Origin: Spirochaetia bacterium
GTDB lineage: Bacteria; Spirochaetota; Spirochaetia; DSM-27196; Salinispiraceae
DNA length: 64,000 nt
NCBI GenBank assembly: GCA_038204425.1
Contig: JBBRCZ010000009.1
Coordinates: 57,202 to 121,201 of the forward strand
Reading direction: 5' to 3'
Shown here: piece by piece, positions 9,493 through 18,490 of the stretch
Position numbering within the stretch: position 1 is the first letter of the stretch
Layout: the number at the start of each line of letters is the position of its first letter
Position numbers and translations under genes: made by a program
Notes under the pieces: model-generated
The model's input: the letters and a program-made list of their open reading frames with translations, nothing else
Database searches by the model: none
What the model was told of the DNA's origin: nothing

Positions 9493-10922
9493 ACGCGCTG
9501 CATCTCTAGCAAGGTTTCTGCCATTTCTATCATGGCGTTACTTGAGTTGAGCGAGTCGCCACTGGTGCTAAATCCAACAATTACTTCCAGCAAGACAATT
9601 TTTCCATCGATATCGAGCGCCAAACCAGGGATAAGTGAAAGCAGGTCTAGGCAAAAAAATGAGGTTCCATCTTGGTCCAATCCTTGAATTAGGAACGCCA
9701 ATTGACTACTGTTTTTAAAATGGAAGATCTTTGATTTAACTTTATGGTGTTCTTCAAAGGCATCTCTGATTTTAGAAAACAATTTTTTGAGCTGAGCCTT
9801 GCTCCAATCTTCTAATAAGGTCTGCCAATTTGAAAGTTCGAGCACTATCAGCGAGAGCTGGCCGCCAGAATGGCTAATTTGTTCTAGTTCTCGTTCAAGC
9901 GTACGATACAATTGGCTCACCTGAGGGAGGCCAGTATCTTCGTCCATTTCTCGTTGGTCAAAGAGCGTTTCGTGTTCCAAAATATCTGCTAAATAAGGTT
10001 CCATCAGATTTATCAAAATTTCCAGAACGCTTTCGGTATACAGCGAGTATTGCTCAAAGGGCATTTCTTCGATATTGAGTACCCCCCAAACCTGTCCTCT
10101 GATACGAATAGGCAGGCAAATAATGTTGCAACTAATATCCAACTTATAAAATTCTTGAGAGCCCAGCATCATCCTGATAGAAAATGGTTTGCCGTTACGG
10201 AAGACATAGCCCTCTACAGTTCCGTCCAAGCCGATGCGGCTTTCGCGCTTAATAGTATGCGTCGCAGGATCTTCTTCCCAACCAAAAACAGCGGCTGTTT
10301 TTAGGCGACCGCTTTCGCTTGAGGCAACCCAAATAGAAGCTGAGGACGTTTCTGTAAAAAGGTTGACTGACTCGAGCATGGTGTTGAGGGCCTGCGTCAT
10401 ATCGAGAGCCGATAGTTTTTTTACTTGTGCTCGCAAAAGCGTTATTGAATCCTTTTGGTTAGATACTCTGTTTTCCAAAACACGTCCCACCCGCTCAAGG
10501 CTATTGATCATGCGTTTATTTTTTTGCGCAGTATACACATGCTTTTTTAGTCGTTGCAGAATGTGAAGCACAAATTGCTTGCGCTGCTGGTAGCTATAAC
10601 CTGAAATCATCCAAGCGACAAACATAAGTGGCCCCGAAAAACGCAGCGCTTGTAAGAGCTTGGCAAACCACAGCAGGTTAAAATCGTCCTTAATTAGAGG
10701 AAATAACAAAAACCCAAAGAAAAATGTCAGGAGAAGCTCAAGAAGTCCCCACCAGAATCCGTAAAAAAAGGTAAAGATGACTGCGACAGTCAAATAGGGA
10801 ATAGCAAACCAGTTTAAAAAGCCAGTCTCGGCGCTGAGTAATAAATTTAGTAAGAGGGGTACCACAGCAAGCACTAATGCTTCTATAATTATTCTAAGAG
10901 TGTTGCTGATTTTCTTAGCCAT
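9489..10922 (-). CDS. PelD-like membrane protein (TM + GAF + degenerate GGDEF)
   Basis: About 4 N-terminal TM helices, a GAF-like region (ICLPIRIRGQVWGVLNIEEMPF) and a GGDEF-fold C-terminus beginning DEDTGLP without a GGDEF motif. First gene of the pelDEFG order. Confidence 0.75.
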   Translation of the reverse strand: MAKKISNTLRIIIEALVLAVVPLLLNLLLSAETGFLNWFAIPYLTVAVIFTFFYGFWWGLLELLLTFFFGFLLFPLIKDDFNLLWFAKLLQALRFSGPLMFVAWMISGYSYQQRKQFVLHILQRLKKHVYTAQKNKRMINSLERVGRVLENRVSNQKDSITLLRAQVKKLSALDMTQALNTMLESVNLFTETSSASIWVASSESGRLKTAAVFGWEEDPATHTIKRESRIGLDGTVEGYVFRNGKPFSIRMMLGSQEFYKLDISCNIICLPIRIRGQVWGVLNIEEMPFEQYSLYTESVLEILINLMEPYLADILEHETLFDQREMDEDTGLPQVSQLYRTLERELEQISHSGGQLSLIVLELSNWQTLLEDWSKAQLKKLFSKIRDAFEEHHKVKSKIFHFKNSSQLAFLIQGLDQDGTSFFCLDLLSLIPGLALDIDGKIVLLEVIVGFSTSGDSLNSSNAMIEMAETLLEMQRV

Positions 10923-10969
10923 TAAGAAGATCCTCTAGATTGGTCCAAGCAAACTCTGAAAAAGGATCT

Positions 10970-13900
10970 ATGAAAAAAAATACCATAATTTTGCTGCTAC
11001 TGTACACCATTGCTACCACTATAGTCACAGCACAGCAAAAGGAAAAGGTTGAGGCAGTTTTTCCTGTAAGCGTCGAAGGTTTATTGTACTGGGAAGCCGA
11101 ATCTGCTGTGGCCAGCAATTTTTCTAAGGAAGCAACTCAGGACTACGCCAGCTCAGGCTTTAGAATATTACAGCTAAATAAAGATCCACAAGCCCCAGGA
11201 GCGCCTTTCTTTGCCGAGTACGCACTCTATGTACCAGAAGACGGCGTTTACAACTTGTGGCTGGCAGGCACGCCACCTGGACCAAAAGACAAACAAGTTC
11301 CATCTTTCGCGTCTCCCTTTGAGTACCAAATCGACGAAGGCATGCCAGTACCCATCTATCGAGAGGATGTTCATGTTGTAGAATCATTTGCTGTAAGCAA
11401 TTACTGGAGTATGATAAAGAAGCCAATTCAACTAAAGAAGGGTATCCATAGTCTACGCATTATCGTCAATCAAAAACGAAGCTATGACAATCGGTACTAC
11501 TTCTATTTAGATGCCTTATTTTTGGCTAAGAGTAGCATGGGAAACTTTACTAGCACGGCATTGCCTGCTAAGTTTCCCAAAAATATGCAGGCTCGTGACA
11601 TCGACTCAAGCTACAAAACAATTAATCAGTACGAAGAACGCATTGCTGCCAACAACAAAGATATGACCGTGTACATAGAACTAGCCAATGTTTACAGCAT
11701 GATATCTGACTACCAAAATGCTATAAAAACGCTCGAACGCAGCCGACTAAACCTGGGGAATCAACCTGAAATATTGCTTCTACTTGCTAAAAACCGTATA
11801 TGGAGCGGCGAGTTTGACTTGGGTTTACAATTATACAAGGAATATTTGGCCACGCCCGCCTCCTCATTAGCCATTTGGGCCGAAGTAGCCAAGGTAATGG
11901 CTTGGCTTGGGAAGTACCAAGACAGTCTCAATTTATACAACGAGGCGCTAGTGCGCTATCCTGGCAATTTAAATCTGATAGTTAATCAGGCACTAACTAG
12001 GTTTTGGGCCGGCAATGTTAATGAAGGCGAGCAACAACTAGAGCAGGCTTGGGATTTAGCAAAGAAACAAGAACAAGATCTAAAAAATTTGGCAAGCATC
12101 TATACTATCAATGGCTATCCGGAAAAAACGGTGGAAACCTATTCCAGAGGGCTCGAAGTATTTCCTAACAGCCTAGAAATAATGTTGCTGTTGGAAGATT
12201 CGTATCTAAAAAACAACCAAAAAAGTAGAGCTGCCCAAATTCGCGGAAAAATAGAAGAAACTTTTGTTGCTTCAGAGGCTCTTTCGCAATTGCTGGAAAC
12301 TAGCAAAAATCAAAACAGCACGCGTGACAAGATATTGGGAAACTATCGGCTGCGCTTGGTTCTTAAACCCGATGACGTTAAACTTCGCCAAGAGCTGATT
12401 GATGCCTATTTTTGGAATAATTTAAAAGAAGAAGCTATCAACGAAACCATAAATATGCTGATCAACCAGCTCTATAAGCAATTTGGATTGATGGATAAAG
12501 AACTCGAAAAAAGTTATTTGTTAATGGATAAAGTTAGTTTGTTGAGTGTCTTTCTTGCTAGCAGTGAAAACCAAGCCAAAGCTTTGCAGGACGCAGTCCA
12601 AAAAGCAGTTTCGGCTCTTCAAAGTGCCAAACAGGCCAACTCTGAACAGGACTTCCCTGACTTACAGGCCAATGTGGATAGTACAAGCAATCTGCTTGCT
12701 GCTTGGTTGAGTACCTATATAAATGCATTAAAGACTATAGAGAACTTGCAAAGCGATTTGCAAAGTGAGCAAAGAGCATTTGAGAAAACGGCGACCATCT
12801 TACAAGAAAAAAGCCCTTGGCAATGGAATAGAGGATTTTACTTCAACGAACTAAATCAAGGGTCTGCCAACAAAAATAGCCTTGCCGATTACTTACTTTG
12901 TCGCATCGCGCTCTTTGAAAATCAAAGCGGTTCAGCACGGCAAAAAAGTGAAATCTTAGCAAAACTGACAAGCCTCGATAAGCCGATGCAAAGCTTAGTT
13001 ACGCAGACTGCTCTGTGGCTTAATGGCCAAATACCCGACGAAAAATTGGACCTTTATAACTATTATGATTACGGTTCTGAAATAAACTCATTAAGCGAGC
13101 TCTTGAAAAATAGTGCACCACTTGCTGAGCAATTTAGCACCGATACTGCCAAAGATCTCTTGCGTCAAACGGAAGCACTATTAAAAAACAACCCAAATCA
13201 CTTTGGTAACTTAGTACAGAACAAAGCAGCCTTAATAAAGCGTATGAAGGTACGTATGGAAATTCAAATGTATCAGTTTGAACTTGAAACATTTGAAACG
13301 CGTTACAAATTGGCCGATTACTATCTGAGTTCTCAAAAATATAAGACGGCGCGCGACCAGTTAGAAATGGTTATTGGGGTGGCTCCATTTAACATTAATG
13401 CTCGCTTTAACTTGGCTCGCGCCCGCCAATTGAGCGGGGATTGGTCTGGTGCCATGTCGCTCTACAAAGAAATATTTAAGACCGACCCCAAATTTGAAAA
13501 TACTGCCAGCTTGTATAATTTGCTGGCAAAAAATCATGCGGATAGAGTTGCCGGATCACTGACAAGTTTCTGGGATACCAATCGCCAAGAAGTAAGCGGA
13601 TTGTTTGCCTTTACAGCCGGTGGCAGTTCAATCTTGGGACTCAATGCCAGTTACGAAAACCTGGTCATTCGTTTGTCCAAGCGCGGGGATATTAATGACC
13701 CCGTCAGTATTAACCTGCACGATCTCAATTTTAGTTTCCCCATCAATTTTTCTGACATTAATTTCAGTATTACTCCCAGCATTGGTGGAAAATTGAAGAA
13801 CGAGTTTTTTGACCAGAATGTTCCAGCTGATCAAAGTCTGGTGCTGGAAGACATTTTTTCGTACATGGCTGTCGCACCCAACTTTGGGCTCAATCTAAAA

Positions 13901-14542
13901 CTGGGTTTGGGCGAACTTGGACTAGAAAGTTCTTATAAATTTAACCAAGTGGAAGACACTTTCTTTCCTCTGCGTACACCGACCTTTGAGCACGATCTGG
14001 ATTTGAGCGCAACAATTTATGTGGCACTTCCGGCGCCTTCGGCCTTGCAGAGTATTGGATCACGCACTTATGGCAAAGTTGCAGCTATGTTTTCGCCTTT
14101 CTCAAGCGATATAAACACGCTATATACCATCACTGAGGACTTAAACTTTACTTTCTTGCTCAACTCTAATCCCTGGACCACACTCGTCCTGACAGCCATC
14201 GCTAGCTATGAAGATTCTGATGACCCTACAGTTTTGGAGTATTACGCACCAAACGCCGTTTTTAACGCTAAGGGTGGTGTGCAGTTTTCTAGCTCGCCTG
14301 CTTTGGGCGAAGGTTGGGTTTTTGGCTATAGCTTGCGCGGTTTGGCAGGCTTGTATCACACAGAAAGCCAAGATCTCTTAAGTTTAGAAGGACTAGTGCA
14401 TCTAGAACTCAACCGTAGTAACCTATCAATCTTCTTGGATATCAGTACAAGCGTTACCACCAATGGCACTACAAGCGACTATTTTTCGTTTAATGCTGTA
14501 ATTGGAGCCAGGATAGCCGTGCCGGATTATTTAATACCTTAA
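10970..14542 (+). CDS. Large secreted TPR protein with N-terminal CBM-like domain and beta-rich C-terminus (PelB-like export protein candidate)
   Basis: ATG 10970 follows AAAGGA and begins a signal peptide. Then a jellyroll-like WEAES...YNLWLAG...LKKGIHSLRI...YLDALFL domain, multiple TPRs, a coiled-coil region, more TPRs and ~330 aa of alternating beta-strand pattern. Divergent from pelD. Confidence 0.65.
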   Translation: MKKNTIILLLLYTIATTIVTAQQKEKVEAVFPVSVEGLLYWEAESAVASNFSKEATQDYASSGFRILQLNKDPQAPGAPFFAEYALYVPEDGVYNLWLAGTPPGPKDKQVPSFASPFEYQIDEGMPVPIYREDVHVVESFAVSNYWSMIKKPIQLKKGIHSLRIIVNQKRSYDNRYYFYLDALFLAKSSMGNFTSTALPAKFPKNMQARDIDSSYKTINQYEERIAANNKDMTVYIELANVYSMISDYQNAIKTLERSRLNLGNQPEILLLLAKNRIWSGEFDLGLQLYKEYLATPASSLAIWAEVAKVMAWLGKYQDSLNLYNEALVRYPGNLNLIVNQALTRFWAGNVNEGEQQLEQAWDLAKKQEQDLKNLASIYTINGYPEKTVETYSRGLEVFPNSLEIMLLLEDSYLKNNQKSRAAQIRGKIEETFVASEALSQLLETSKNQNSTRDKILGNYRLRLVLKPDDVKLRQELIDAYFWNNLKEEAINETINMLINQLYKQFGLMDKELEKSYLLMDKVSLLSVFLASSENQAKALQDAVQKAVSALQSAKQANSEQDFPDLQANVDSTSNLLAAWLSTYINALKTIENLQSDLQSEQRAFEKTATILQEKSPWQWNRGFYFNELNQGSANKNSLADYLLCRIALFENQSGSARQKSEILAKLTSLDKPMQSLVTQTALWLNGQIPDEKLDLYNYYDYGSEINSLSELLKNSAPLAEQFSTDTAKDLLRQTEALLKNNPNHFGNLVQNKAALIKRMKVRMEIQMYQFELETFETRYKLADYYLSSQKYKTARDQLEMVIGVAPFNINARFNLARARQLSGDWSGAMSLYKEIFKTDPKFENTASLYNLLAKNHADRVAGSLTSFWDTNRQEVSGLFAFTAGGSSILGLNASYENLVIRLSKRGDINDPVSINLHDLNFSFPINFSDINFSITPSIGGKLKNEFFDQNVPADQSLVLEDIFSYMAVAPNFGLNLKLGLGELGLESSYKFNQVEDTFFPLRTPTFEHDLDLSATIYVALPAPSALQSIGSRTYGKVAAMFSPFSSDINTLYTITEDLNFTFLLNSNPWTTLVLTAIASYEDSDDPTVLEYYAPNAVFNAKGGVQFSSSPALGEGWVFGYSLRGLAGLYHTESQDLLSLEGLVHLELNRSNLSIFLDISTSVTTNGTTSDYFSFNAVIGARIAVPDYLIP

Positions 14543-14564
14543 GACGCACTTGCAAAAGTCTGTT

Positions 14565-15416
14565 TTATTGCAAACTAAACAGCTCATGGCATTCTTGAAA
14601 AAGTTTATCTTTTGAGAGAGTGTCCATGTAAGCGTTTTGGAAAGCCTCCAACTGTGCTCGATCTAAGGATAAGAAGGGTAGGTAAGGGTCCAAGAGCTGA
14701 AAGTCTTTGGGGTTATTTTTTAGAATGTCAATGTTTGATGCCATAAAATCAGCTGTCGAAACAAATATTATTGTTTGCTTATGTTCAGAGACTATATTGT
14801 TATTGCCATGTTCCAATGCCGTATCAGTATACACAGCGGGGAAGTTCCATGCTTCAAGAACTTGGTGCCCAACTTCTTTGTGACTAGTACCAAATGCATC
14901 TATTTCCAATTGGCTAATACGAGATTGACCCGACGCAGCCTTAATTATGAGCGACTCATAAAGTGATTGGTCGGAGTAAAAAAAGGCCACTTGACCAATG
15001 TTGTGCAAAAGGCCAGCCACAAAAGCTTCATCGGCCTGTGATTTTGAACCGTTTTTAATAGCCAAGTCGCGGGACATAAAAGCAGTTACAAGAGAGTGTT
15101 TCCAAAAAAACTGATAGAATTTTGATTTTTTGGCCGTAGAAAACAAGCTGGATCCCGTTACTAGAATCACAATGTTCTTAATTGTTTTAATGCCCAAAAG
15201 CGAAATGGCTGTCTGCAAGCTGGTGACGGCATTTTGTCGAGCGTACATTGCCGAATTGGAAATTCGTAGTATTTTTGAGGTTAGACCGGGGTCAACGCTG
15301 ATAACTTTCTCTAAACTATTAAAACCAAAATCATTTGAATCGACCATACTTAAGACCTTGGTGGCTATGTCGGGCATAACCGGAAGGTTATTTAAATATT
15401 GGGCATAGTTTTTCAT
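14565..15416 (-). CDS. HDOD domain protein
   Basis: LPVMPDIATKVL, DPGLTSKILRISNSAMY, FWKHS...A, AFVAGLLHNIG, FGTSH.EVG..VLEAWNFP. Confidence 0.92.
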   Translation of the reverse strand: MKNYAQYLNNLPVMPDIATKVLSMVDSNDFGFNSLEKVISVDPGLTSKILRISNSAMYARQNAVTSLQTAISLLGIKTIKNIVILVTGSSLFSTAKKSKFYQFFWKHSLVTAFMSRDLAIKNGSKSQADEAFVAGLLHNIGQVAFFYSDQSLYESLIIKAASGQSRISQLEIDAFGTSHKEVGHQVLEAWNFPAVYTDTALEHGNNNIVSEHKQTIIFVSTADFMASNIDILKNNPKDFQLLDPYLPFLSLDRAQLEAFQNAYMDTLSKDKLFQECHELFSLQ

Positions 15417-15626
15417 TGGTCAAAAGTATCCTTTGCTGGTCAAGGACTTCTATTATGCAAACAATCCGCGCAAGGTCAACAAGAGAGCTACTTATTGCTG
15501 CAAAGGTACTTACCACCTCACCGCTTCCAATCAAGTAGCTTGTCAAATGGTGGTGTCAATTTGCTTCGTCTCATGCACCGTTGTTTGATTTGTCAAATTG
15601 GTAAAAAAACAAATTGGGGGAGCGCA

Positions 15627-15657
15627 ATTAGAAACCCGCCGGGGGCGGGTTTCTAAT
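15627..15657. terminator. 14-bp perfect inverted repeat downstream of serC (probable terminator)
   Basis: attagaaacccgcc-ggg-ggcgggtttctaat, located 3' of the serC stop on the minus strand. Confidence 0.65.
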
Positions 15658-15718
15658 GGAGCGCGGGGGCGTGTCTGTTGGTCACATTGCCTGGGTTTGA
15701 CTGACGCCCCCGGATGTA

Positions 15719-16858
15719 TTATGCGTTCTTTGTTGCAAACTCGGTCATGTACTGAGCCAAAGCTAGGCAGCTTTCTTGTGGGCAGGCGTTGTAGATGGAG
15801 GCTCTAAAGCCGCCAACCGAGCGATGGCCGGATAGACCCAACATGCCTAGGGCTTCGGAACCCTTGAGGAAGGCTTTGTCGAGGTCGCTTGCGGCTGCTT
15901 CGTCCAAGCCTGGCTTTTGTATGGTCCAGACTATGTTCATTGTTGAGCGATCGGCTGGATCTACGGGACAGTTGTAGAAGCCTTTGGAATTGTTGATGGC
16001 ATCATAGATCAACTTGGCTTTGGCTTCGTTGTGCTTCTGCATGCCTTCGGCGCCGCCTTTTTTGTCTATCCATTTGAGCACTTTGTTGAGGGCCCAGACG
16101 CTAAAGACTGGCGGGGTGTTGTAGAGTGAAGTTTCAGTTTTTTCGCTGCCGTCTTTGGCTTTGACCTTGCTCACGTGGGTCTTGTAGCCCAAGTAGGCAC
16201 CAAGTGTGTCGGGGGTGGCTTCCAAAAGGTCGTCGCGAATTATAAGCAAGGTTAGGCCAGCTGGTCCGAGGTTCTTTTGCGCGCCGGCGTAGATAATGCC
16301 GAAGTTTTCGATTGGTAGCGGGCGGCTGAGTATGTCGGAGCTCATGTCGGCAACATAGGGTACTGCCAACTTAGGAAAGTCTTTAAACTGGATGCCGCCA
16401 ATGGTTTCGTTGGAACATATATGTAGGTAGCTGGCATCGGGGCTCAGTTTGATGTCTTGCAGGGTGGGCAAGCTCATATAATTGTTGGCTTTGCCGTCAA
16501 AAACAACGTTGGCTTTGCCATACTTCTTGAGGTCGTCTTGGGCTTTTTTGGCCCATGCACCGGTGATGGCAATGTCGGCAGTCTTTCCACCGGCAAGTAG
16601 GTTGAGTGGTACCATACTAAACTGTAAGGTAGCGCCGCCTTGCAAAAAAAGTACCTTGTAGTTGGCTGGCACTTTGAGCAGTTTAGTTACCAAGGCGATG
16701 GTTTCGTTGTGTAGGGCGTCGTATTCTTTGGAGCGGTGACTGGTTTCGATAATTGACAGACCCATACCTTGATAGTCGACCAACTCGTCGCGTAGTTGCT
16801 CTAAGACTTCTAGTGGCATAGTAGCCGGACCAGCATAAAAATTGTGTTTTCTGCTCAT
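15719..16858 (-). CDS. serC: Phosphoserine aminotransferase
   Basis: NFYAGPA, SHRS, FLQGGA..QF..VPLN, NETIGG, DMSSDILSR, YAGAQKNLGPAG (PLP Lys), NTPP and GHRSVGGFRASIYNA. Confidence 0.97.
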   Translation of the reverse strand: MSRKHNFYAGPATMPLEVLEQLRDELVDYQGMGLSIIETSHRSKEYDALHNETIALVTKLLKVPANYKVLFLQGGATLQFSMVPLNLLAGGKTADIAITGAWAKKAQDDLKKYGKANVVFDGKANNYMSLPTLQDIKLSPDASYLHICSNETIGGIQFKDFPKLAVPYVADMSSDILSRPLPIENFGIIYAGAQKNLGPAGLTLLIIRDDLLEATPDTLGAYLGYKTHVSKVKAKDGSEKTETSLYNTPPVFSVWALNKVLKWIDKKGGAEGMQKHNEAKAKLIYDAINNSKGFYNCPVDPADRSTMNIVWTIQKPGLDEAAASDLDKAFLKGSEALGMLGLSGHRSVGGFRASIYNACPQESCLALAQYMTEFATKNA

Positions 16859-17099
16859 TGCAAGACTCCTTTGGTGACATAAATCTGGGGCACTGGTTTA
16901 GTACCTTTTGATTCGATTTAGTAAAAGCTACTTTTTTGTAGCTCATGGTGGTGATGTTCTAATTAGTAAAGGTAAGCGCAATGCTGCTCAAGTCCAGAAT
17001 TGTCGCTGGAATCAAAAAACTTTTAAAAACGAGCGTTTTTGCTGCAATTGGTGAGCATAAATGCGCGGCGCTGTTTATACTAATTGACAAAGGTCAATT

Positions 17100-18152
17100 A
17101 TGAGGCATGAAGCTTTTGAACTCCAAAAAGATGGAATAACTCTTAGAGGAAGCATTTGGTCGCCAGGTTATAGCGATGGCTTAGCCAACGCCTCGCTCCG
17201 CGGGCGAGTCTTGATTGTGCATGGCATGGGTGAGCATCATGCTCGCTATGAGCATTTTGCACAGACACTCACCTCGGCAAGTTACGAGGTCTGGGGTTAC
17301 GATCATCGTGGGCACGGGACAACCGCTGGCGATCCTGCAAGTCCAGAGTTTTTGGCCAACTACGGTTTTTTGGCAAAAAAGAATGGCTGGCGTTTGATTT
17401 CTTCTGATTTATGCGCCGTGGTAGATCTGCTGCGTGCCCGCCAAGCCAAGCAGACCGAACTTAACTTGCTTGGTTCGCAGGACTTCGAGCTCAGCGGAAG
17501 CCGGACTTTGCCCTTCTTTATTTTTGCTCATAGCATGGGCAGTTTTTTACTACGTTGGTCTTTGGTCTATGATCGACTCTATGGAAAAGACTTGAGCGGC
17601 GTTGTCATCTCTGGAACGGGTGGTAATCCTGGTTTTAAGGGTAGACTTGGCAGAGCGCTTGCTAAGTTGATGACGATTATCAGGGGGCCTCGAGACAAGA
17701 GTCCGCTTATGAACGCCGTAATTTTTGGTTCTTATAACCGCTTGGTGCTTGGTAACCACAGTCGCACCGACTTTGACTGGTTGAGCCACGATGAGGATCA
17801 AGTGAACGAATATCTGCGCGATCCCTACTGCGGGGGAGTTATGGCGGCAAGTTTTTACCAGGACCTAATGACTGGAATCGTCGACCTTGGACGGCGCGAA
17901 AGTGTTACGCGCTTTCCGCGCAACTTACCCTGTCTTTTTATCGCTGGCCGTGAGGATCCGGTTGGTGAGTTTGGCGTGGGTGTGGAGCAGGTCTTTAGAT
18001 CTTATCAAGCCAATGGCATTAAGGACATCGAGGTTCAGTGGTTTGAAAAAGGTCGACACGAACTTTTAAACGAAACTTTCCGCAATCAGACCGAAGCCGT
18101 CGTGCTTGGCTGGTTACTCAGAAAAACTGAAGCCAGTCGCGCTGAGTCCTAA
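17100..18152 (+). CDS. Alpha/beta hydrolase (lysophospholipase family)
   Basis: VHGMGEH..RY, DHRGHG, AHSMGS, GREDPVG and GRHELLNE. Confidence 0.9.
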   Translation: MRHEAFELQKDGITLRGSIWSPGYSDGLANASLRGRVLIVHGMGEHHARYEHFAQTLTSASYEVWGYDHRGHGTTAGDPASPEFLANYGFLAKKNGWRLISSDLCAVVDLLRARQAKQTELNLLGSQDFELSGSRTLPFFIFAHSMGSFLLRWSLVYDRLYGKDLSGVVISGTGGNPGFKGRLGRALAKLMTIIRGPRDKSPLMNAVIFGSYNRLVLGNHSRTDFDWLSHDEDQVNEYLRDPYCGGVMAASFYQDLMTGIVDLGRRESVTRFPRNLPCLFIAGREDPVGEFGVGVEQVFRSYQANGIKDIEVQWFEKGRHELLNETFRNQTEAVVLGWLLRKTEASRAES

Positions 18153-18232
18153 TTGACAGAAAAGAATGTCTGGTAGTATTTCATTTTCTTAGGTATAATA
18201 AGAGGATATAAATCAAACGGAGGCATTGCGCC

Positions 18233-18403
18233 ATGACTCAAAAAAAAGAAGAACCCAAGCAAGATAGCTTGACCGAAGCTCAAAAAAAAGAAGCTGCAGC
18301 CAAAAAACTCAAAGAAGCTTTAGAAGGCTGTGAAAAACCATTTACCGCCGAGAGTTCTCGCATGGACGATGATGACGATGCTTGTCACGATAGTGTCCAG
18401 TAG
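18233..18403 (+). CDS. Small 56-aa acidic protein with two Cys (not in ORF track)
   Basis: GGAGG RBS upstream of the ATG. Translation MTQKKEEPKQDSLTEAQKKEAAAKKLKEALEGCEKPFTAESSRMDDDDDACHDSVQ*. TTGACA (18153) and TATAAT (18194) lie upstream. Confidence 0.7.
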   Translation: MTQKKEEPKQDSLTEAQKKEAAAKKLKEALEGCEKPFTAESSRMDDDDDACHDSVQ

Positions 18404-18490
18404 GGCAGAAATCTAAGACAGCTAGTCTTTTGTAAAAGCCGCGTTTGCGTTAGAGTCTAATCTTGGATTTGTAGCGTAAACGGAGGAATC

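Noticed and set aside
10973..10980. A8 tract at the start of the PelB-like gene as a phase-variation site
   Set aside because: It encodes an ordinary MKKN signal-peptide start, and similar A/T runs are common throughout the window.
10915..11118. 67-aa minus-strand ORF upstream of pelD as a PelC candidate
   Set aside because: It overlaps the PelB-like gene on the opposite strand, has no lipobox-type start, and is far shorter than PelC.
15420..15600. Possible c-di-GMP riboswitch upstream of the HDOD gene near the pel locus
   Set aside because: No GEMM-like conserved motifs found, only short inverted repeats (agctactt/aagtagct) and several minus-strand TTGACA hexamers.
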